NCBI GenBank assembly: GCA_903921135.1 | Contig: CAIXOY010000245.1 | Span: 1 to 43,950 of the forward strand | From: an uncultured Gammaproteobacteria bacterium | GTDB taxonomy: Bacteria > Pseudomonadota > Gammaproteobacteria > Pseudomonadales > UBA5518 | Length of the DNA stretch: 43,950 nucleotides | Direction of reading: 5' to 3' | Shown: positions 38,245 through 43,950 of the stretch, piece after piece | Layout of the letters: each line of letters opens with the position of its first letter | Numbering within the stretch: the stretch's first letter is position 1 | Made by a program: the position numbers and the translations under genes | The notes under the pieces: model-generated | The model's input: the letters and a program-made list of their open reading frames with translations, nothing else | Databases searched by the model: none | Told to the model about the DNA's origin: nothing

Positions 38245-40540
38245 GGCCTTCGCGTCTTGCAGTGCGCGCGAGCACCTCGCCCGTGCTGCCCTCGGTGAAT
38301 ACCAGGCGGTCGAGTTGCGCTTCCAGCACGGCCCGTGCGTCGCTTTCCTGTGCGTTGCCTTCCATGACGTAGACGGGCGTTTGCCGCAGCGCGTCCGAGC
38401 GCCCCAGCCCCTCGGCAATCAGGTGCACATCCTCGCCGGGCAGCGCGAGCGAGAGCAGGATCATGTCCGGTGGGCTCTGCCGCGCGATGGCCAGTGCCTC
38501 GCCCGGTTGCTCGGTGCTGCTTACGTACCATCCCTGCCGTTCCAGCCCTTCGACCAGCTCCGCACGCGCCGGAGAGGCGCTCTCGATCAGCAGCACATGG
38601 CCGCTGCGGTCGGCGGGCGCGAGGCGCTGCAGGGCCTGGGCCAGACGCTGCCGGTTGACGGGTTTCTCCAGCACTTCCGCGGCACCCTGCTCGATACCTG
38701 CCACGCGCGCATCGAGCATGGACTGCAACACAACGGGGATATGTCGGGTCTCGGGGTTGTCTTTCAGCACCGAGAGCACGGTCCAGCCGTCCACCTCCGG
38801 CATGACCAGATCGAGCACGATCATGTCCGGTTGTTGTTCCTTCGCCATGCGCAGGCCCTCGTTGCCGGAGGCGGCTTCCAGCACGGTACAGCCCTCCTGC
38901 TCCAGTGCGCGCGCCGTGAGTGCGCGGGCATCCGCGTCGTCGTCGATCACGAGCACGCGTTGTACACCGACGCCTTCCTGCGCCTCGGCCGCGGATTGCG
39001 TCCCGGTAACAGTGGTCTCGGCGGCGATGGCATCCACCGGCAGTTCCACGAAGAAGCAACTCCCGAGCCCCGGTTCGCTCTCTACGCCGATACTGCCTCC
39101 GAGCAGGGTGCAGAACTCCCGGCACAGCGAGAGCCCCAGCCCTGTGCCGCCATACTTCTTGGTGGTGGAGGAGTCTGCCTGCACGAAGGGTTCGAACACG
39201 GCCTCACACTGTTCCGCCGTCATGCCGATGCCGGTATCCCGGACATCGAAGCGCAGCCACTGCGTTCCCTCGTGTCCGAAGATCTTCGCCTCCACCCGTA
39301 TGCTGCCGTTCTCGGTGAACTTGCAGGCATTGCTCAGCAGGTTGGCGAAGATCTGGCGGAAGCGGATCTCGTCGGTGTGGATCGGCACCTCCGGGAGCGC
39401 GGATTCCACGCTGATGCGGTTGCGGTTGCGCGCGGCGAGTGCGTGCAGCGTTTCCGCGAGTTCCCGCAGTACCGCCAGTGCGTCGAAGCGCTCGCGGTGC
39501 AGCGTCATCTTGCCGGTCTCGATCTTGGCGAGGTCGAGCACATTGTTGATCAGCGACAGCAGGTGCCGCCCCGCGGTCAGGATGCGTTGCATGTCGCCCG
39601 TGAGGCTTGTGGCCCGGAGTTCCGGTTCGTCCTCCGCCATCTCCACCAGCATCTCGCTGTAGCCGATGATCGCGTTCAGCGGCGTGCGCAGCTCATGGCT
39701 CATGTTGGCAAGGAAGCCGCTTTTCGCGGCGTTCGCACGGTCTGCCTGCTCACGCGCGGTGTTGACCTCGTGCACGGCGTCTCTCAGCCGCCCCGCCATG
39801 TCGTTGAAGGCCGCTGCGAGTTGCCCGAACTCGTCGTCGGCCAGCACGGGTATGCGGTACTCCAGATCGCCGCGGCCGATGCGTACGGTGCCGCGACGCA
39901 AACGGAACAGCGATTCGTTCGTGTGCCGCATCAGCAGGAAACCCAGCATCGCAGTGAGGGCGATCGAGGCAAGGAAAACGGCCGTCACGACGCGGCCCGT
40001 GATCCTGCCTGTCTGCTCCACCGCGCCGCTTTCCTCGCGCGAGACCTCGGTGACGGCGGTGTCAAAAGCCTCCAGTGCAAGCGCCGCTCCGGCGTGACGC
40101 TCCTTCAGTTGATCGGCCGACAGTGCTGGCTTGCGTCCGGAGCGCAATTCGTCCAGCAGGTGGTTCCAGTCCCCGAACAGCGCGTCGGTGGCGGCTTGCA
40201 GCGTGACGTGAGCGGGGCGCGACACATCGGTGGTGTTCCGGCTCATGCGGGTGACCAGGCTTCCCATTGCCGTGATCTCCGCCCGGGCCCGGTCCGCTTC
40301 GGCCTCCGATGCGCCCTGGCCCGCGGATTCGCGCAGCGTAAGCAGCACCAGCAGCTGCTTGTGCAGCGTATCCATGCGCTGCCGCAGTTCGCCGGCGTTG
40401 ACCTGCCCACGTACCGAATCGCTCACGGCATCCAGGGATTCGCGGATCGCATGGTTGCCTATCGCGAAGGTGACGACGTTCACCGCGAACAGCGCAAGCA
40501 CACCGAAGATCGATATCGTGAGGCGCCTTGCGAGCGTCAC
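38225..40540 (-). CDS. Hybrid sensor histidine kinase: 2 TM + helical periplasmic sensor, HAMP, HisKA, HATPase_c, receiver, degenerate second receiver
   Basis: H-box NMSHELRTPLNAIIGYSEML. N/G boxes FANLLSNACKF, DTGIGM, GGTGLGL. REC1 VLVIDDDADAR...DMIVLDLVMPEVDG...EKP. REC2-like VLLIESASPAR...DMILLSLALPGED. GTGA overlap with the upstream gene. Confidence 0.9.
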   Translation of the reverse strand: MTLARRLTISIFGVLALFAVNVVTFAIGNHAIRESLDAVSDSVRGQVNAGELRQRMDTLHKQLLVLLTLRESAGQGASEAEADRARAEITAMGSLVTRMSRNTTDVSRPAHVTLQAATDALFGDWNHLLDELRSGRKPALSADQLKERHAGAALALEAFDTAVTEVSREESGAVEQTGRITGRVVTAVFLASIALTAMLGFLLMRHTNESLFRLRRGTVRIGRGDLEYRIPVLADDEFGQLAAAFNDMAGRLRDAVHEVNTAREQADRANAAKSGFLANMSHELRTPLNAIIGYSEMLVEMAEDEPELRATSLTGDMQRILTAGRHLLSLINNVLDLAKIETGKMTLHRERFDALAVLRELAETLHALAARNRNRISVESALPEVPIHTDEIRFRQIFANLLSNACKFTENGSIRVEAKIFGHEGTQWLRFDVRDTGIGMTAEQCEAVFEPFVQADSSTTKKYGGTGLGLSLCREFCTLLGGSIGVESEPGLGSCFFVELPVDAIAAETTVTGTQSAAEAQEGVGVQRVLVIDDDADARALTARALEQEGCTVLEAASGNEGLRMAKEQQPDMIVLDLVMPEVDGWTVLSVLKDNPETRHIPVVLQSMLDARVAGIEQGAAEVLEKPVNRQRLAQALQRLAPADRSGHVLLIESASPARAELVEGLERQGWYVSSTEQPGEALAIARQSPPDMILLSLALPGEDVHLIAEGLGRSDALRQTPVYVMEGNAQESDARAVLEAQLDRLVFTEGSTGEVLARTARREGPTAAPR

Positions 40541-40911
40541 GCCGGTGCGCCTCCCGTGAGTGCGGCGATACGTTCGAGCAGGCGCGGGAAATCGAGGGGT
40601 TTGGTTTCGTAGTCGTCGCAGCCTGCTTCCAGCGCGCGGATACGATCGTCGGACATCGCGTGCGCGGTGAGCGCGATGATGCGGATGCCGGCGCCAGCGG
40701 GGGATGCACGGATTTCGCGCGCCGCGTGCCAGCCGTCCTTCAGGGGCAGGTTCATGTCCATCAGCACGAGATCGGGCCGCTCCGAGAGCGCCATGCTCAC
40801 CGCCTGCTCGCCGTCCTCGGCCAACAGCACCTCGAAACCGCGCCGCGCGAGCCGCCGCGAGAGCATGTCGCGGTTCATCTCGTTGTCTTCCACCAGCAGG
40901 ATGCGCGTCAT
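40537..40911 (-). CDS. Single-domain (CheY-like) response regulator (124 aa)
   Basis: ILLVEDNEMNRDML...DLVLMDMNLPLKDG...ALTAHAM...GCDDYETKP. ATGA overlap upstream and GTGA overlap downstream. Confidence 0.9.
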   Translation of the reverse strand: MTRILLVEDNEMNRDMLSRRLARRGFEVLLAEDGEQAVSMALSERPDLVLMDMNLPLKDGWHAAREIRASPAGAGIRIIALTAHAMSDDRIRALEAGCDDYETKPLDFPRLLERIAALTGGAPA

Positions 40912-42434
40912 GATGCTTTGGGTGCCGCGGCGTCTGTGTGCATGCCTGTGATCGTGAAGATGGTCACCTCGCCCGCCATGCCCTTGGGTTGCGCGGTGAA
41001 CTGCCGGCCGGTTTCCACCGCTTCGCCCACTTCCTCGATGGTGCTCGCGGCAGCGAGGATCTCGCCTGCGGCAGTGAAGGCCTCGATGCGCGCCGTCAGG
41101 TTCACCGTGTGGCCCACCACCCCGTACTTGCTGCGTCGCTCCGATCCGATGTTCCCTGCCACCACCTTGCCCGTGTTCAGCCCGATGCCGATGCCGATCT
41201 CGGGCAGGCCGAGCGCGCGGTTGCGGTCGTTGATGCCGGCTACAGCCTCCTGCATGTCCCGCGCGCAGGCGATGGCGCGCAGCGCATCGTCATCGCGGGC
41301 CACGGGCGCGCCGAATATCGCGAGGATCGCGTCCCCGATGAATTCGTCCACCGTGCCGTTATGGGCCATGATGATCGAGGACATGGCGCCCAGATAGTTG
41401 TTCAGCAACTGCACCACCTGCTCGGGTTCGTGGTTCTCGCAGATCCAGCTGAAGTTGCGGATGTCGGCCATCAGGATGGTGACCGTGCAAGCCGAGCCGC
41501 CAAGGCGCAGTCCCTGCGGGGATTCCAGCAGTGCATCGACGATCTCGTCCGAGAGGTAACGGCCGAAGGTGTTGCGGATGAAACGCTGGTTGCGCTCGAG
41601 TTCGCGGCGGTAGGCCTCTTCCCGGTCGTGCCAGCGCTTGCGCTCGAGCCCCGCGGCGAGCCGCGCCTGCAACAGCGTGGGGTTGAAGGGCTTGTTCAGG
41701 TAGTCCTCGGCGCCGGCCTCGATGCAGCGGATCACGCCCGAGGTCTCACTGATACCCGAGATGACGATGACGGGAACGGCCCTCAGTGCGGCGTCTGCCT
41801 TCAGGATGGCCAGCAGTTCGAGGCCGCTCATGCCCGGCATCACAAGGTCGAGGAAGACCAGGTCCACCTTTTCCCGGCGCAGGATGTCGAGGCCCTCGTC
41901 GCCGGAGGCGGCGGACAGCACGCGGTGCCCCTGCCGCGCGAGATGGCGGCCGAGCAACTCGCGGCTCTGCTCGCTGTCATCGATCACCAGCAGCGTGCCG
42001 GGCGCGGCCTGCGGTAATTGCCGTTGCGCGATCGTGCTCCCCGCCAGGGGCTCCCTGCCGCCCTCTAGAGCGGCGCGTGCGCTTTCGCGCAGTTCGGCCA
42101 GCGCGGTGACCAGCACCGGTGGCAACTGCTGACCCTCTTCCTCGAGGATGAGTTCGACGTAACCCGAGATCGAGCCCATGTGATTGCGCAGGTCGTGACC
42201 GAGCCGGGCCGGCTCGGCATCAGGGGCATGACGCGCGAGACAGTCCGCTGCGCGCGCGGCTGCGAGACTGCATTTCTCGAGGTCGGGCAGGATGGCCGTG
42301 GCGCGGAGGTCCTCGGCGAGCGCGATCGTGTCAGCGACCTGGCGCTCGATCGCCAGGATGGCGCCGGGATCGGTGGCGGCCTGGCCGGTCGGGTTGAGGG
42401 GCACGCCCGGGGTCCATGGGGGGAGGTTGGTCAT
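40908..42434 (-). CDS. Receiver-domain class III nucleotidyl cyclase with N-terminal H-box (HisKA-like, no ATPase) domain
   Basis: LGHDLRNHMGSISGYVELI (H80). REC LLVIDDSEQSR...DLVFLDLVMPGMSG...NKP. Cyclase VTILMADIRNFS, GTVDEFIGDAILAIFGAP, KYGVVGHTVNLTARIE. Confidence 0.9.
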   Translation of the reverse strand: MTNLPPWTPGVPLNPTGQAATDPGAILAIERQVADTIALAEDLRATAILPDLEKCSLAAARAADCLARHAPDAEPARLGHDLRNHMGSISGYVELILEEEGQQLPPVLVTALAELRESARAALEGGREPLAGSTIAQRQLPQAAPGTLLVIDDSEQSRELLGRHLARQGHRVLSAASGDEGLDILRREKVDLVFLDLVMPGMSGLELLAILKADAALRAVPVIVISGISETSGVIRCIEAGAEDYLNKPFNPTLLQARLAAGLERKRWHDREEAYRRELERNQRFIRNTFGRYLSDEIVDALLESPQGLRLGGSACTVTILMADIRNFSWICENHEPEQVVQLLNNYLGAMSSIIMAHNGTVDEFIGDAILAIFGAPVARDDDALRAIACARDMQEAVAGINDRNRALGLPEIGIGIGLNTGKVVAGNIGSERRSKYGVVGHTVNLTARIEAFTAAGEILAAASTIEEVGEAVETGRQFTAQPKGMAGEVTIFTITGMHTDAAAPKAS

Positions 42435-42508
42435 TTATACCCGCAACGGCCCCGTGCGGGAACCCGCGACACCGGGGCTGACGCGTATGCAGGGAGCGGC
42501 CGAAGCTT

Positions 42509-42526
42509 GTGATATAGTCCCGCCGC
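42509..42526 (+). promoter_or_regulatory. 18-bp element GTGATATAGTCCCGCCGC (copy 1), extended -10-like (TGnTATAGT), upstream of the crp-like gene
   Basis: Lies 50 nt upstream of ATG 42576. An identical copy lies at 43276-43293. Confidence 0.4.
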
Positions 42527-42575
42527 ATCGCAACCCGACTCCTTGAGCGGCCAGCCGCATGGAGGACAAATACGC

Positions 42576-43226
42576 ATGTCGATGCTGTCCAAGGTAGAAA
42601 TCTTCGCAGGCCTGGGCGCTGACGAACTCTCCGAACTCGAGGGTTCCTGCGTCGCGCGCAATTACCCCCGCAACACCGTCGTGATCAACGAGAACGACTT
42701 CGCGGACTCGCTTTACGTCATCGAGAGCGGCAGGGTGAAGGTGTATTGCAGCGACAAGAACGGCAAGGAATACATCATGAACACCCTCGGGCCGGGGGAT
42801 TATTTCGGCGAGCTCGCACTGCTCGACGACGACCGCCGCTCGGCCTCGGTGCGCACCCTCGAGAAGTGTTCCTTCACGATCATCTTCAAGGACGAGTTCA
42901 ATGGCGTGATGTCGCGCCACCCGAACATGGCCCAGACCCTGATCCGCAATCTGACGCGCCGGGTGCGCAAGCTCACCGAGAACGTCAAGAGTCTTGCCCT
43001 GCAGGATGTCTACGGCCGCGTGACCAAGGTGCTGATGAGCCTCGCAGAACCCCGCGGAGAGAAGCTCTACATCGAGGAGCGTCTTACCCAGCAGGATATC
43101 GCCGACCGCGTGGGTGCCTCGCGCGAGATGGTTGCCCGCATCCTGAAGGACCTCGCCATCGGCGACTACATTGCCTTCGAGGGAAAGAACATCATCATCA
43201 ACGGCAAGCTGCCCACCAGCTACTGA
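42576..43226 (+). CDS. Crp/Fnr-family cyclic-nucleotide-binding transcriptional regulator (216 aa)
   Basis: cNMP-binding GDYFGELALLDDDRRSASVRT. C-terminal HTH LTQQDIADRVGASREMVARILKDL. GGAGG lies 10 nt upstream of ATG 42576. Confidence 0.9.
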   Translation: MSMLSKVEIFAGLGADELSELEGSCVARNYPRNTVVINENDFADSLYVIESGRVKVYCSDKNGKEYIMNTLGPGDYFGELALLDDDRRSASVRTLEKCSFTIIFKDEFNGVMSRHPNMAQTLIRNLTRRVRKLTENVKSLALQDVYGRVTKVLMSLAEPRGEKLYIEERLTQQDIADRVGASREMVARILKDLAIGDYIAFEGKNIIINGKLPTSY

Positions 43227-43275
43227 GTCGCGCCACTTTTCACGGCGCGGCGCCTGCCGGAAGGGCGAAGGCGTG

Positions 43276-43293
43276 GTGATATAGTCCCGCCGC
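43276..43293 (+). promoter_or_regulatory. 18-bp element GTGATATAGTCCCGCCGC (copy 2)
   Basis: Exact duplicate of 42509-42526. Lies 45 nt upstream of a 47-codon ORF. Confidence 0.35.
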
Positions 43294-43337
43294 GCCGGCA
43301 TCCCGCCCGCGCGTTCCCGGTGGTTCCAGCAGTACCC

Positions 43338-43481
43338 ATGCCTTCCCGAAAGATGGTGTCTTTCCGGCTTCCCGGCGCGCTCCGTGGTGAGCCCTTCAGC
43401 CCGGCCGAGCGTTTGATGCTGGGGGTATCCGCGCTGGCGCTGGCCGGAGCACTTGTGGCCTTGCTCCGCGTCTTCGCCTGA
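43338..43481 (+). CDS. Speculative small ORF (47 aa) with C-terminal hydrophobic helix
   Basis: MPSRKMVSFRLPGALRGEPFSPAERLMLGVSALALAGALVALLRVFA-stop, read by hand (below the track cutoff). No clear Shine-Dalgarno sequence. Supported only by the duplicated promoter-like element. Confidence 0.2.
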   Translation: MPSRKMVSFRLPGALRGEPFSPAERLMLGVSALALAGALVALLRVFA

Positions 43482-43485
43482 GCCC

Positions 43486-43950
43486 TCAGTCGGAGCTTCC
43501 GAAGATCTCGATCAGGTCTTCGACCAGCTTGTCGAGTTCCATCGACATCAACACGAAATCCCCGTCCAGCCGGGCCAGTTCCGCAGCATCGTCCTCGCCT
43601 TCGTAGCCCGCGTCGCGCTCGCGCACGTCGAGATATTTGATGGCGCTTGCGGACAGGTCCTCGGCCAGCACGAACTGCAGTCGGTCGCTCCACTGCAAAC
43701 CGTGGCTCGCGACGGTCTTGCCCGCTTCGAGGTGGTTGCGCACCTCCGCGGTGGCAAGCTCCTGCGCTCGCGCGCGGATCACATTGGCCTGATGCAGCGG
43801 GTCGCGCAGGTCGCAGTGCTGGCCGAGCGTGAAACGTGGAGGCAGACGCGTCCCCGCCAGCCAGTCGGTCATTTTCTCGACAGGGCTGCGTGCAGGCACC
43901 AGCGGTTTCACGGCGAGCGCGCCCAGCGTTTCGCGCAGCAGGTTCAGCAG
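43486..43950 (-). CDS. C-terminal part of an unidentified protein with acidic tail; frame open to the right edge
   Basis: The track ORF 43486..43911 continues upstream in frame (LLNLLRETLGALAV-KPLVPARS...) to position 43950. No family recognised by eye. Confidence 0.5.
   Translation of the reverse strand: MLNLLRETLGALAVKPLVPARSPVEKMTDWLAGTRLPPRFTLGQHCDLRDPLHQANVIRARAQELATAEVRNHLEAGKTVASHGLQWSDRLQFVLAEDLSASAIKYLDVRERDAGYEGEDDAAELARLDGDFVLMSMELDKLVEDLIEIFGSSD

Noticed and set aside
38315-40612. 765-aa plus-strand ORF
   Set aside because: Antisense to the hybrid histidine kinase, whose H, N and G boxes and receiver motifs are clear on the minus strand.
42506-42527. TGTGA in CTTGTGATATAGTCCC as a CRP-type binding site
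   Set aside because: Only one half-site is present. The expected TCACA partner 6 nt away is missing (CCCGC instead), and the second copy reads GGTGA. A promoter-like reading fits better.

Overview
High-GC proteobacterial chromosomal window. Gene order in the right half (queA-tgt, ffh, rpsP-rimM-trmD-rplS, xerD-dsbC-hom-thrC-recJ, prfB-lysS) looks like the Pseudomonas-type gammaproteobacterial backbone. All calls come from reading the supplied translations and the DNA by eye; no searches were run.

The window has four blocks:

1. 1-9521, minus strand. A tight, translationally coupled 8-gene operon of mostly uncharacterised envelope proteins. In transcription order: a TPR protein with a TonB_C-like end, two lipoproteins, a TM-anchored TPR-like protein, a PEGA-repeat/FGE-sulfatase-fold protein, a small secreted peptide, a MotA/TolQ/ExbB channel, and a degenerate actin/Hsp70-fold protein that runs off the left edge. 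This is my best candidate for an undescribed system: a proton-motive-force-driven envelope-spanning machine that does not fit Ton, Tol-Pal, flagellar stator or Zorya layouts.

2. 9727-17798. A catabolic block. It holds a SnoaL-like protein, an LLM oxidoreductase and a DMT transporter. These are followed by a TetR-controlled igr-like set (two acyl-CoA dehydrogenases, a MaoC+DUF35 protein, a MaoC hydratase subunit, an Ltp2-like thiolase-fold aldolase) typical of steroid or branched side-chain removal.

3. 17928-37705. Core housekeeping genes. These include an L,D-transpeptidase next to an Lpp/OprI-type lipoprotein, tRNA-Leu(CAA), and prfB with its classical +1 frameshift site.

4. 37735-43950. 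A signalling module. A hybrid histidine kinase, a CheY-like regulator and a receiver-class III cyclase form one overlapping operon, divergent from a Crp-family regulator. The cyclase carries a Glu/Gly substrate-specifying pair, which points to cGMP rather than cAMP.

Other observations: a ~480-nt non-coding region with an orphan intrinsic terminator and a 62-nt hairpin, and an 18-bp promoter-like repeat flanking the crp-like gene. No CRISPR array, transposase, integrase or rRNA was seen. Many long ORFs in the track are antisense artefacts of high GC.
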